Assembly: GCA_963625415.1 (NCBI GenBank)
Contig: CAVFTG010000001.1
Span: 1-32,697, forward strand
DNA length: 32,697 bases
Origin: Barnesiella intestinihominis
GTDB taxonomy: Bacteria; Bacteroidota; Bacteroidia; Bacteroidales; UBA932
Direction: 5' to 3'
Position numbers and translations under genes: made by a program
The notes under the pieces: model-generated
Database searches by the model: none
Seen by the model: only the letters and a program-made list of their open reading frames with translations
What the model was told of the DNA's origin: nothing
In this document: positions 18,731 to 27,354 of the stretch, piece by piece
How the letters are laid out: every line of letters begins with the position of its first letter
Numbering within the stretch: position 1 is the stretch's first letter

Positions 18731-19636
18731 CTATTCAAGACTTATCCTGTCGCAGTTCGACCTCTCCCCGTCCTTGATCCGGATGCCGCTGAATGCCGCC
18801 ACCGCCGCCGTGATGATGCACAGGCAGGCGGCGAACTCAAGCCAGTACGCCCACGGGCTGAGCACCTCCATGAAGCTGTCGCACTCCTTGAGCTCCGGAA
18901 TCCTGCTCATAAGCGTGGCGAAAGTGTTGTTCACGCAGTGCATCAGCATCGTGAGCTTCAGAGAGCCGGTCCTGTAATAGACATAGCCGAAAAGGCAGCC
19001 GAAGACGAAAGCCGGCAGAGCCTGCCACGGGTTCATATGTATGACCGCGAAGAAAAGCGCGGAAAGGACTATGGCCCATCCCGGTTTCATCTTCTGGAGC
19101 AGACCCCTGAGAATCATCCCCCTGCACAGCCATTCCTCGAAGAACGGCGCGAAAACGCTCGCGGATACGAGTGAAACCCACAGCGGACAGTCGGACATCA
19201 GCCCGTGCAGCAGCTGTTCGAGCTTTTCGGGCATCGGTGGCAGCACGAGTGCGAATATGTCATTGACGAACGCAGTCGCGAGAGTTGCGATGGAGGCAAT
19301 CAAGGCGGCGGTCCATCCGGAGAACCGTCCGAAGTTGCCGCTGTCAAGCGCAATCGCGTCGCAGGTCAGGGCGTTCGCGCGTCCGACCGCGGAGGCGTAG
19401 AGCATCGCCGGGATGAATGAAACCGGATAGGAGAAAAGCATCCCGTAGCGTGACGCGAAAGAAGGTTCGCACCAGCGGGCGAGCGCCCATGTCACGCAGT
19501 TTCCGAGCGTGGCCCCGACCAGAAGCAGAATCACGAGCCAGAATATGCCCTTCCCGCCCGGGACATACCATCCGCAGGCGCTCAGAAGGTCATATCCCTT
19601 CCCGCCCGCAATCTGCCGTCTCTTGAAAAATCCCAT
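18731..19636 (-). CDS. CPBP (CAAX/Rce1-like) intramembrane glutamic protease
   Basis: Multiple TM helices; APFFEEWLCRG, FAVIHMN, MLMHCVNN motifs; ATG 19636 preferred. Confidence 0.9.
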   Translation of the reverse strand: MGFFKRRQIAGGKGYDLLSACGWYVPGGKGIFWLVILLLVGATLGNCVTWALARWCEPSFASRYGMLFSYPVSFIPAMLYASAVGRANALTCDAIALDSGNFGRFSGWTAALIASIATLATAFVNDIFALVLPPMPEKLEQLLHGLMSDCPLWVSLVSASVFAPFFEEWLCRGMILRGLLQKMKPGWAIVLSALFFAVIHMNPWQALPAFVFGCLFGYVYYRTGSLKLTMLMHCVNNTFATLMSRIPELKECDSFMEVLSPWAYWLEFAACLCIITAAVAAFSGIRIKDGERSNCDRISLE

Positions 19637-19671
19637 AAAATCGTTATTATGAAAGAAAAGTCTCAGGGAGA

Positions 19672-19791
19672 GGGGATGAAGAAAAAGATGGAATGCAAGG
19701 CGCACGGTGAAGCCAAATACCGCAGCAACCTAATGGTTGTGAGGATTTTGGCGAACCGTGCAACGCAGTCAGACCGCTTTTTCTTCGCCCC
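19672..19791. mobile_element. MITE/REP-like miniature element (repeat family 2), full copy
   Basis: Imperfect terminal inverted repeats GGGGATGAAGAAAAAG / CTTTTTCTTCGCCCC; long internal hairpin 19702-19761 (GCACGGT..GCCAAA..CAACC-TAAT-GGTTG..TTTGGC..ACCGTGC); related copies near 32513 and 32670. Confidence 0.6.
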
Positions 19792-20716
19792 GATAGAGAG
19801 GAGTAGGGTAGACGCCCTTCTCGGCAAACTCCTTGAACTTGTCCACTACCCCCTGCCTGTCGGCCTGATAGGTCACGCCGAACCAGCGTGAAGGAGTCGA
19901 GATGAGTTCGCAGCTCGCCTCGCCCTTCTTTATGAGCGTGTCAACGGCATTCGGAATGTAGAATTCGGCCTTGAGCTCATTGACATTCTCCTTGAGGAAG
20001 TCCACGAAAACCTTTTCGCTCTTCTCGAAATAGTCAGGAGTGAAGCCCCACATGTTCATGGAACAGAGAGCCTTGTCTTCGAGTATCACATCCTTGCCCT
20101 CGCTGTTCGTCGCATGAATCTTTCCGTCGGCCTGGCGGATGACATTGTGGTGCTCCTCGACATGGGTGAGGAATCCATGTTCGTCCGCAGTCCCGATTCC
20201 GCGTGAGACGGAGCCTGAGTCGGAAAGGGTGTTGTCAATCTCGAAGCCCACGAGAGCATATTTCCCGATCGAACCCTCGTTCTTCCTGAACCAGTCGGCG
20301 AGGACCTTGAATGACTCCTTTCCGTAGTAGTCGTCACCGTTGATGACCGCGAACGGCTCGTGGATGGCATCCTTCGCCATGAGAACGGCGTGGTTGGTGC
20401 CCCAAGGCTTCACCCTTTCCGGATTGAGAGCGAACCCGGCCGGAATCTTGTCGAGCTCCTGAATCACGAAGTCGAACTGGAGCGGAGCGCCGTCGAGGCA
20501 TTTCACGTGGCTGTACCTTTCGGCGACATGTTTCTTGAAATCTTCAAGGAAATATTCCCTGACGATATACACGACTTTCCCGAATCCGGCCTGAACTGCG
20601 TCATAAATCGAATAGTCGATGATTGTCTCCCCGTTCGGGCCGAGTCCGTCCATCTGTTTGAGTCCGCCGTAACGGCTGCCCATTCCGGCTGCAAGTACAA
20701 GAAGTGTAGGTTTCAT
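19769..20716 (-). CDS. Sugar-phosphate nucleotidyltransferase (NTP_transferase family)
   Basis: MKPTLLVLAAGMGSRYGGLKQ, IDYSIYDA, KPWGT.HAVL, VINGDDYYG, SMNMWGFTP, EFYIP, WFGVTY; start at ATG 20716. Confidence 0.9.
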   Translation of the reverse strand: MKPTLLVLAAGMGSRYGGLKQMDGLGPNGETIIDYSIYDAVQAGFGKVVYIVREYFLEDFKKHVAERYSHVKCLDGAPLQFDFVIQELDKIPAGFALNPERVKPWGTNHAVLMAKDAIHEPFAVINGDDYYGKESFKVLADWFRKNEGSIGKYALVGFEIDNTLSDSGSVSRGIGTADEHGFLTHVEEHHNVIRQADGKIHATNSEGKDVILEDKALCSMNMWGFTPDYFEKSEKVFVDFLKENVNELKAEFYIPNAVDTLIKKGEASCELISTPSRWFGVTYQADRQGVVDKFKEFAEKGVYPTPLYRGEEKAV

Positions 20717-20772
20717 AGTATCTGTATTTATAAAGTTACTCCGAAAATTCGGGACAAAGTCCCATAATCCTG

Positions 20773-20790
20773 CAAAAATAGTTAATTTTG
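20773..20790. promoter_or_regulatory. Back-to-back divergent -7 elements (nucleotidyltransferase on minus, ftsB-like gene on plus)
   Basis: TATTTTTG on minus (20773-20780) and TAATTTTG on plus (20783-20790). Confidence 0.65.
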
Positions 20791-20818
20791 CGGAGATATG
20801 CGGTAAATTTTTGTTTTT

Positions 20819-20862
20819 GGCAGGATTAAGGATATGATAAAAGGCAGGATTAAGGATATGAT
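20819..20862 (+). repeat. Tandem duplication with 24-bp period spanning the start codon
   Basis: GGCAGGATTAAGGATATGAT occurs identically at 20819-20838 and 20843-20862. Confidence 0.9.
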
Positions 20863-21181
20863 GAAGGACTTTTCCCGGAAGGCCGGCGATGCCATGAAAG
20901 ACCCGAAAAAGTCTTTTCTGTGCTTCGCTGCGGTCGTTCTCGCCGTATTCCTCTACGCATGGATCTTCGGGCGCGGCAACACTTTCATCAGCTGGATCCG
21001 GGCGAAGGCGGAAATCGTGTCCATGAACCGTCAGATTCGGGACTATGACGAAAAATCCCGTGAACTGGATCTCCGCATCAACGACCTGAAGACCGACCGG
21101 GACTCTCTGGAGAAATTCGCGAGGGAGAAATTCTTTTTCTCGGCGCCGGGTGAGGACATCTACGTTGTCGGCGAAGAATAG
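20834..21181 (+). CDS. Septum formation initiator (FtsB/DivIC family)
   Basis: Single TM helix, coiled coil, LEKFAREKFF...GEDIYVV; start is 20834 or 20858. Confidence 0.85.
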   Translation: MIKGRIKDMMKDFSRKAGDAMKDPKKSFLCFAAVVLAVFLYAWIFGRGNTFISWIRAKAEIVSMNRQIRDYDEKSRELDLRINDLKTDRDSLEKFAREKFFFSAPGEDIYVVGEE

Positions 21182-21192
21182 ATTGCTTTTCA

Positions 21193-21275
21193 TGACAGCC
21201 TTGGGGTGCTGGGAGCCTATTCCCCGGATCCCTCGGGTTCGCTGCGCTCCGTTCTCGTGTCTTTTAGTCACCCCC
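21193..21275 (+). repeat. Dispersed repeat family 1, copy C, between the convergent ftsB-like gene and folP
   Basis: TGACAGCCTTGGGGTGCTGGGAGCCTATTCCCCGGATCCCTCGGGTTCG aligns with 1330-1380; followed by a CTTTTAGTCACCCCC end. Confidence 0.65.
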
Positions 21276-22101
21276 TGAAAATGCCTGCGGCTTCGGCGAC
21301 ATCGTGGACTCGCAGAATCGAGGCTCCGGCGGCGATGGCACGGCGGTGAAGCTCCGTGGTGCGGGCGAGAACCTCCGGGGCTTCGGGCGTGAGACCGAGA
21401 GGCTTGTAAATCATGCTTTTGCGGGATATGCCGACAAGAACAGGACGGCCGAAAACGCTGAAATCGGCGAGATGGTCGAGCAGTTCATAGTTCTGTTCCA
21501 CAGTCTTTGCGAACCCGAATCCGGGGTCGAGAATCCAGTTGCCGACGCCGAATCCTGCGGCCTTGACTGCGAATTCACGGAAATAATCCATGACGGCGGC
21601 GGTCACTCCGCTTTCATAGTCGCACCTCGACTGCATGTCCGAAGGAATGCCTTTCTTGTGCATGGCAATGTATTCCAGAGAGTTGGCGGCGACTTCCGGC
21701 AGCATCTGCGGGTCGTCCTCTCCGGCGGATATGTCATTGACGGTCACTTCCCCGATTTCATCGAGCGTGCGGGCGATTATGTCCCGGCGGAACGTGTCTA
21801 TCGAAATCTTCACCCCCTGCGGCACGACTTCGCGTATGGGCCGGAGCACCGCTTTCAGCCGTTTCCACTCGTTTGCGGCGTCGACGCTTTCAGAACCCGG
21901 ACGGGTGGAGCATGCGCCGATGTCGATATAGTCCGCGCCCTGCTCAATCATGCCGGAGACTCTCTCCACGACCTTGTCAATCAGAATCCTGCCCTCCGGA
22001 GTCATATTCCTGCTCCCCGGATAGAACGAGTCCGGCGTGATGTTCACGATGCCCATGATTTTCACCCCGCGCCCCGTCCCTTTGTCCGTATCCATATCCA
22101 T
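21268..22101 (-). CDS. folP: Dihydropteroate synthase
   Basis: IMGIVNITPDSF, IDIGACSTRPG, ISIDTF, NDIS, DPGFGFAK, GISRKS, ILRVHDV; start is ATG 22101 or 22095. Confidence 0.95.
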   Translation of the reverse strand: MDMDTDKGTGRGVKIMGIVNITPDSFYPGSRNMTPEGRILIDKVVERVSGMIEQGADYIDIGACSTRPGSESVDAANEWKRLKAVLRPIREVVPQGVKISIDTFRRDIIARTLDEIGEVTVNDISAGEDDPQMLPEVAANSLEYIAMHKKGIPSDMQSRCDYESGVTAAVMDYFREFAVKAAGFGVGNWILDPGFGFAKTVEQNYELLDHLADFSVFGRPVLVGISRKSMIYKPLGLTPEAPEVLARTTELHRRAIAAGASILRVHDVAEAAGIFRG

Positions 22102-22118
22102 ATTCCTCAAAATTTTCG

Positions 22119-22141
22119 TAAGTTTGCAGCCCGCAAAATTA
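22119..22141. promoter_or_regulatory. Face-to-face -7 elements for tmk (plus) and folP (minus)
   Basis: TAAGTTTG on plus at 22119-22126; TAATTTTG on minus at 22134-22141. Confidence 0.65.
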
Positions 22142-22208
22142 GTGCGTTTTCATATGAATCGGCAGGATTTTTCCTGAAATTGACGGATAAGAAACAGTTT
22201 CCAACAAC

Positions 22209-22892
22209 ATGCTTATAGTTATCGAAGGACTCGACGGGTCGGGCAAATCCACGCAGGTCAGGATGTTGCGGCAATATCTCGAAACATTGCCGCAGAATTT
22301 GGAATATATCCATTTCCCCCGCTACGGTTCTCCGGTCTATGGGGAACTGATTTCACGCTTCCTGCGCGGGGATTTCGGGACGAACGAACAGGTTCATCCG
22401 CAGCTCGTGGCTCTTCTCTTCGCCGAGGACAGGCACGGGGCGGCTCCGGAAATCCGGCGGATACTGCGTGAGGGGGGCAATGTCCTGCTCGACCGATATG
22501 TCTATTCCAACATCGCCTACCAGTGCGCCAAACTCCGCAATCCGGATGAGTCCGAGGCTCTGCGGGAATGGATCTGCAACACCGAGTACGGGAATTTCGA
22601 ACTTCCGCGTCCTGATCTCAACATTTTCCTTGACGTGCCCATCGGATTTGTCGAGAAGAAGCTTTCCTCGGCACGCCGTGGCGTGGACAGGGGTTATCTC
22701 GAAGGCGGTCGGGACATCCATGAGGCAGACATTGAATTCCAGAAGGCCGTGCGGCGCATCTACTTGAGACAGTGCGGGCTGGACCGGCATTTCATCCGGA
22801 TTGACTGTTCGGATGCGGAGGGGGCGATGCTGCCGCCGGACGCTGTCTTCGTGAAAGTCAGGGCGGAGGTCGACAAGGCCTTGGGGCTATGA
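22209..22892 (+). CDS. tmk: Thymidylate kinase
   Basis: IVIEGLDGSGKSTQ P-loop, FPRY, LFAEDR, LLDRYVYSN.AYQ, PDL.IFLDVP. Confidence 0.93.
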   Translation: MLIVIEGLDGSGKSTQVRMLRQYLETLPQNLEYIHFPRYGSPVYGELISRFLRGDFGTNEQVHPQLVALLFAEDRHGAAPEIRRILREGGNVLLDRYVYSNIAYQCAKLRNPDESEALREWICNTEYGNFELPRPDLNIFLDVPIGFVEKKLSSARRGVDRGYLEGGRDIHEADIEFQKAVRRIYLRQCGLDRHFIRIDCSDAEGAMLPPDAVFVKVRAEVDKALGL

Positions 22893-22976
22893 AAAATCGT
22901 CGGGCTTCCCGTTCCCCCGGACAGCATCTGATTTCCCGTCCTTCGGGGCCGTTGCATAAACAAAAAGAATTCTTCG

Positions 22977-24206
22977 ATGAAAAAGGGCTATAATGTGTTC
23001 CGCCGCTTCTGCGCGTTCGTTCTCGGCTCAGTGTTCCTTGTTTCGGGGATATTGAAACTCATGGATCCGGTGGGTTCGGAGTTCGTGATGAAATCATATT
23101 TCGATTTTCTGCATCTCGGGTTCATTGATTTCGCCGCGAAGTTCTTCGGAGTCGCCTTCGCCCTTGCGGAAGCCCTTCTCGGGGCGGCGCTTATGAGCGG
23201 GGTGTGGCGCAAGTCCGTGGGCATTTCCGTCGTGGCGCTGACGACTTTCTTCACTCTGCTGACGCTCATCCTGCTGATTTTCAATCCGGTGATGGACTGC
23301 GGCTGTTTTGGCGAGGCTCTGCATCTGACTCATTTTCAGACATTTGTCAAGAATCTTATTCTCTGCGCCCTCTGCTGCGGCGCGTTCATCCCGATGCGAG
23401 CCCTTGACAGGCCGGTGAAGGTCAAGTATGTCTCCTTCGCCCTGACCGCCGTCTCCATTGTCGCCCTGCTGGTCTATTCCCTGCTTGCGCTTCCTCTCAA
23501 GGACTACACGGCGTTCGCTCCGGGAGCGGTTCTTCAGGCCGCCGCCGGCGAAGACCAGGGCGATTTCGCTGAACCGGAGTTCATCTATGAAAAGGACGGT
23601 TCCACGCAGTCTTTCACTCTGGACAATCTTCCGGACAGCAGTTGGACATTCGTCGATTCCCGCATCCCGCGGGACGGTTTCTCCGCAGGTGCGGTGCTGT
23701 CCCTGACCGATGCGGCCGGGGAGTACTGCGACACTGTGGCCACACAGGGCGACGTGCTCGTCATATCCGCCTACAGGAAACTGAGCGGAGACCGGCTCGG
23801 CGGGATTGAGGCTCTCGTGCGCGAAGCCCGTGCGGTTGGATTCACTCCGCTTGTCCTTGTCCCGTCGACGGATGTTTTCCCGGAGGCTTTCGCGGATGCC
23901 GGGGATGTTCACGGAGGAGATTCCGCGTTTCCGGAGGCGTCCCTTCCGGAATGGCTTGACGGCACGGTCCGTTTCTCGGACTTCAAGACTCTCGCCACGC
24001 TCAACCGCTCCAACGGCGGCGCGACATGGATTTCCGACGGCCAGATTGTCCGCAAATGGTCATACACCCTCCGTCCGTCCCGGGAGAAAATGGAGACTCT
24101 TCTCGCCGGAGATCCCCTCTCTCTCGCCCTTGAGACAGCGTCGAGGGGCAGTCTCGCGCTCCAGAGTTTCATGCTGTGCATTTTTTCAATCCTGTTATTC
24201 CTATAA
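22977..24206 (+). CDS. BT_3928-family membrane protein (DoxX/MauE-like)
   Basis: VFLVSGILKLMDP, TM helices, DCGCFGEA..L...TF.KN, TLNRSNGG. Confidence 0.8.
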   Translation: MKKGYNVFRRFCAFVLGSVFLVSGILKLMDPVGSEFVMKSYFDFLHLGFIDFAAKFFGVAFALAEALLGAALMSGVWRKSVGISVVALTTFFTLLTLILLIFNPVMDCGCFGEALHLTHFQTFVKNLILCALCCGAFIPMRALDRPVKVKYVSFALTAVSIVALLVYSLLALPLKDYTAFAPGAVLQAAAGEDQGDFAEPEFIYEKDGSTQSFTLDNLPDSSWTFVDSRIPRDGFSAGAVLSLTDAAGEYCDTVATQGDVLVISAYRKLSGDRLGGIEALVREARAVGFTPLVLVPSTDVFPEAFADAGDVHGGDSAFPEASLPEWLDGTVRFSDFKTLATLNRSNGGATWISDGQIVRKWSYTLRPSREKMETLLAGDPLSLALETASRGSLALQSFMLCIFSILLFL

Positions 24207-24214
24207 TAAAGTAG

Positions 24215-24222
24215 TATCTTTG
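24215..24222 (+). promoter_or_regulatory. -7 promoter element for miaB
   Basis: TATCTTTG in the AT-rich gap immediately before miaB. Confidence 0.65.
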
Positions 24223-24226
24223 CCGA

Positions 24227-25714
24227 ATGGAAAGAAATATGAATAATCTCAAACCGATAGTTGACGAAGCGAGGGCGAAGGTCTATATCGAGACCTACGG
24301 ATGCCAGATGAACGTGAATGACAGCGAGGTGATTCTCTCGATTCTGCAGGAGAACGGCTATGCGCTGACTGAGGATATGGACAGGGCGGACGTGATTCTG
24401 GCGAACACCTGTTCCATCAGGGACAATGCGGAGCAGAGGATATGGGGACGCATCGAACAGTTCAGGCTGCAGAAGAAGAGAAATCCGCAGGTGGTCATAG
24501 GGATTGTCGGATGCATGGCGGAGAGGCTGAAGGACAAGCTGCTGGAGAAAGTGGATCTGGTGGCCGGGCCTGACGCATACAGAAGCCTGCCGGCTCTGCT
24601 TCGCGACATCCGTCCGGACTCTCCGCAGATCAACGTGCTTCTCTCCCGCGAGGAGACCTATGCGGACATTTCCCCGGTGCGGCTCGACAGGAACGGGGTG
24701 TCGGCCTACATCTCCATCATGAGGGGCTGCAACAATGTCTGCTCCTACTGCGTCGTACCCTACACCCGTGGAGCGGAGCGCAGCCGTGACCCGCATTCCA
24801 TCGTGCGCGAGGCCCGCGAACTTTTCGCGAACGGCTACAGGGAGGTGAACCTGCTGGGGCAGAACGTCGATTCCTATCTTTGGAAAGAATGCCGCGAGGA
24901 TGCCTCCGGGAGCACTCCGGTGGGGAACTCCCACGACGGTTCAGACGGCAAAGAAAAAGGGGACGGCAATGGATGTTCCGGAGACAACACGAAGGGAGAG
25001 GTCGTGGACTTCGCCCGTCTTCTGGAGATGGTCGCCGCCATAAGCCCGGAACTCAGAGTCCGCTTCTCCACTTCTCATCCCAAGGATATCAGCGACGAGG
25101 TCATACGGACAATCGCCGGCCATGAGAACATCTGCCGGCACATCCACCTTCCGGTGCAGAGCGGTTCGAGCCGGATTCTGGAAAAGATGAGGCGGAAATA
25201 TGACAGGGAATGGTATCTGGAGCGGGTCGCGAAAATCCGTGAAATCATGCCGGACTGCGGACTCTCGACGGATGTGATTGCGGGCTTCTGCAGCGAGACG
25301 GAGCAGGATCATCAGGACACGCTTTCGCTGTTTGAACAGGTCTGCTTCGACTCCGCGTTCATGTTCCAGTACTCCGAACGCCCGGGGACGCTCGCCTCGA
25401 GGCACTACCCGGACGACGTGCCGCCGGAGGTCAAGACGGCGAGGCTGAACGAAATCATCGCGCTCCAGACACGCATGAGCCTCAAGAGCAACAGGAAAGA
25501 CATGGGAAAGACATTCCGGGTGCTCGTCGAGGGCGCGTCCAGACGCAACGCGGACGACCTCTGCGGGCGCGCCGGCAACAACAAGATGTGCGTCTTCCCG
25601 GCGATGGCGGCCGAACGCACCGCCCGGGGGCTCTCCCCGCTCAAGGCAGGGGACTATGTGGATGTCGAGGTCATGGACTGCACTTCGGCCACGCTGATCT
25701 GCCGGCAGGTCTGA
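24227..25714 (+). CDS. miaB: tRNA-2-methylthio-N6-dimethylallyladenosine synthase
   Basis: ETYGCQMN, NTCSIR, GCMAER, RGCNNVCSYCVVPYTRG, LLGQNVDSY, HLPVQSGS, C-terminal TRAM domain; the start may be ATG 24239. Confidence 0.96.
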   Translation: MERNMNNLKPIVDEARAKVYIETYGCQMNVNDSEVILSILQENGYALTEDMDRADVILANTCSIRDNAEQRIWGRIEQFRLQKKRNPQVVIGIVGCMAERLKDKLLEKVDLVAGPDAYRSLPALLRDIRPDSPQINVLLSREETYADISPVRLDRNGVSAYISIMRGCNNVCSYCVVPYTRGAERSRDPHSIVREARELFANGYREVNLLGQNVDSYLWKECREDASGSTPVGNSHDGSDGKEKGDGNGCSGDNTKGEVVDFARLLEMVAAISPELRVRFSTSHPKDISDEVIRTIAGHENICRHIHLPVQSGSSRILEKMRRKYDREWYLERVAKIREIMPDCGLSTDVIAGFCSETEQDHQDTLSLFEQVCFDSAFMFQYSERPGTLASRHYPDDVPPEVKTARLNEIIALQTRMSLKSNRKDMGKTFRVLVEGASRRNADDLCGRAGNNKMCVFPAMAAERTARGLSPLKAGDYVDVEVMDCTSATLICRQV

Positions 25715-25782
25715 ACATGGTGCTCCGTAATCCTGAATGACCCGAACAGAAATGTTTCCGAGCCACAATAAAAGACACTGAA

Positions 25783-27297
25783 ATGAAAAAGTTCATATTG
25801 GCCATCGATCAGGGGACAAGCAGTTCGAGGGCGATAGTTTTTGACGACGGGGGGAATGTCGTCAGTTCTGCACAGAAGGAGTTCACCCAGCATTTCCCGC
25901 AGCCGGGATGGGTGGAGCACGACCCGGAGGAAATCTGGGGGAGCGTGGAGGAAGTGGTCTCGCAGGCAGTCCGGGATGCGTCCGGGGAGCTTTCCTGCGG
26001 GGACGGCGCGGAAGAGTGCCGCATCGCCGGCATAGGAATCACCAATCAGCGGGAGACTGCGGTGGTCTGGGATGCGGAGACCGGCCGGCCGGTCTGCAAC
26101 GCGATCGTGTGGCAGGACCGCCGCTGCGCGGACTACTGCGACTTCCTCAGGAGCGAGGGGCTCACGCACCGCATCCGTCAGAAAACCGGTCTCATCATAG
26201 ACGCATATTTCAGCGCGACGAAAATCCGCTGGATTCTGAACAATGTCCCCGGAGCGCGTGAACTTGCGGAAAAGGGGAGGCTACGTTTCGGCACGATAGA
26301 CTCATGGCTCGTGTGGAAGCTCACCGGAGGACGGGTGCATGTAACCGACGTGTCAAACGCCTCGCGCACGATGCTTTTCAACATCCGCGGGCTGAAATGG
26401 GATGACGAACTTCTTGAAATCTTCGGAATCCCGCATTCGATGTTGCCGGAAGTGCGTTCAAGCAGCGAGATTTACGGATATGCGGCCGCGCTGTCAGGTT
26501 TGGAGGATGTCCCCGTCTGCGGAATCGCCGGCGACCAGCAGGCCGCGCTGTTCGGGCAGATGTGCACGGAGGAGGGCAGCGTGAAGAACACCTACGGAAC
26601 GGGCTGCTTCCTTCTGATGAACACGGGGGACAAAATCATAGAGTCCGAGAACAACCTGCTCACGACAGTGGCATGGAAAATCGGCGACCGCGTCGATTAC
26701 GCCCTTGAGGGAAGCGTCTTTACGGCAGGCTGCGCCGTGCAGTGGCTCCGCGACGGACTCGGAATCATCCGCTCCTCATCCGAGGTGGAGGCTCTCGCCG
26801 CGGGCGTACCCGACAACGGCGGGGTATATTTCGTTCCGGCTCTGACCGGACTCGGCGCGCCGTACTGGGACTCACACGCCAAGGGCGCAATCTATGGCAT
26901 AACCCGGGGGACGACCGCCGGCCACATCGCCCGGGCCACGCTTGAGGGGATTGCCTTCCAGGTCATGGACATAGTACGCGCGATGGAAAAGGACTCCGGG
27001 TGCCCGCTCAAGGAACTGAAGGCGGACGGAGGCGCGAGCCGCAACGACCTGCTGATGCAGTTTCAGGCCGACATTCTTGAAGCCGGGGTCGTGCGCCCCG
27101 CCGTGACGGAGACCACTGCGCTCGGAGCCGCCTCTCTCGCCGGACTCGCCTGCGGGGTGTGGCGCGACATCGGGGAACTCCGTGGACGCCGCTGTGCGGA
27201 GCGCAGGTTCAGCCCGTCTCTCAGCTGCGAGGATGTCCGCAAACTGAAGGACTGCTGGGACGAGGCGGTGCGCCGGACTCTCTCCCGCCCCGAGTGA
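25783..27297 (+). CDS. glpK: Glycerol kinase
   Basis: [61 protein letters not shown]. Confidence 0.96.
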   Translation: MKKFILAIDQGTSSSRAIVFDDGGNVVSSAQKEFTQHFPQPGWVEHDPEEIWGSVEEVVSQAVRDASGELSCGDGAEECRIAGIGITNQRETAVVWDAETGRPVCNAIVWQDRRCADYCDFLRSEGLTHRIRQKTGLIIDAYFSATKIRWILNNVPGARELAEKGRLRFGTIDSWLVWKLTGGRVHVTDVSNASRTMLFNIRGLKWDDELLEIFGIPHSMLPEVRSSSEIYGYAAALSGLEDVPVCGIAGDQQAALFGQMCTEEGSVKNTYGTGCFLLMNTGDKIIESENNLLTTVAWKIGDRVDYALEGSVFTAGCAVQWLRDGLGIIRSSSEVEALAAGVPDNGGVYFVPALTGLGAPYWDSHAKGAIYGITRGTTAGHIARATLEGIAFQVMDIVRAMEKDSGCPLKELKADGGASRNDLLMQFQADILEAGVVRPAVTETTALGAASLAGLACGVWRDIGELRGRRCAERRFSPSLSCEDVRKLKDCWDEAVRRTLSRPE

Positions 27298-27340
27298 CTC
27301 GCAAATGAACAATAAGGAGGTCTGTCTCATAAAATTTGAT

Positions 27341-27348
27341 TACCTTTG
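27341..27348 (+). promoter_or_regulatory. -7 promoter element for the lipoprotein-SPOR(-rpoN) genes
   Basis: TACCTTTG, ending 6 nt before ATG 27355. Confidence 0.55.
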
Positions 27349-27354
27349 CGAAAC

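Noticed and set aside
18731..19636. CPBP/'Abi' protein as a phage-defence or bacteriocin-immunity system
   Set aside because: The family name alone is not evidence; housekeeping context with no adjacent bacteriocin or defence genes
19694..19768. tRNA or known ncRNA call for the long hairpin
   Set aside because: Single extended stem, no cloverleaf or T-loop motif; dispersed related copies favour a repeat element (an Rfam scan is still needed)
20717..21271. 185-aa N-terminal extension of the nucleotidyltransferase in the ORF track
   Set aside because: Runs antisense through the ftsB-like gene and the promoter pair; the family N-terminus MKPTLLVLAAG begins at 20716
21268..22101. folP as a sul-type sulfonamide-resistance gene
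   Set aside because: Ordinary DPGFGFAK motif without the Sul-type insertion; chromosomal context with no integron or IS
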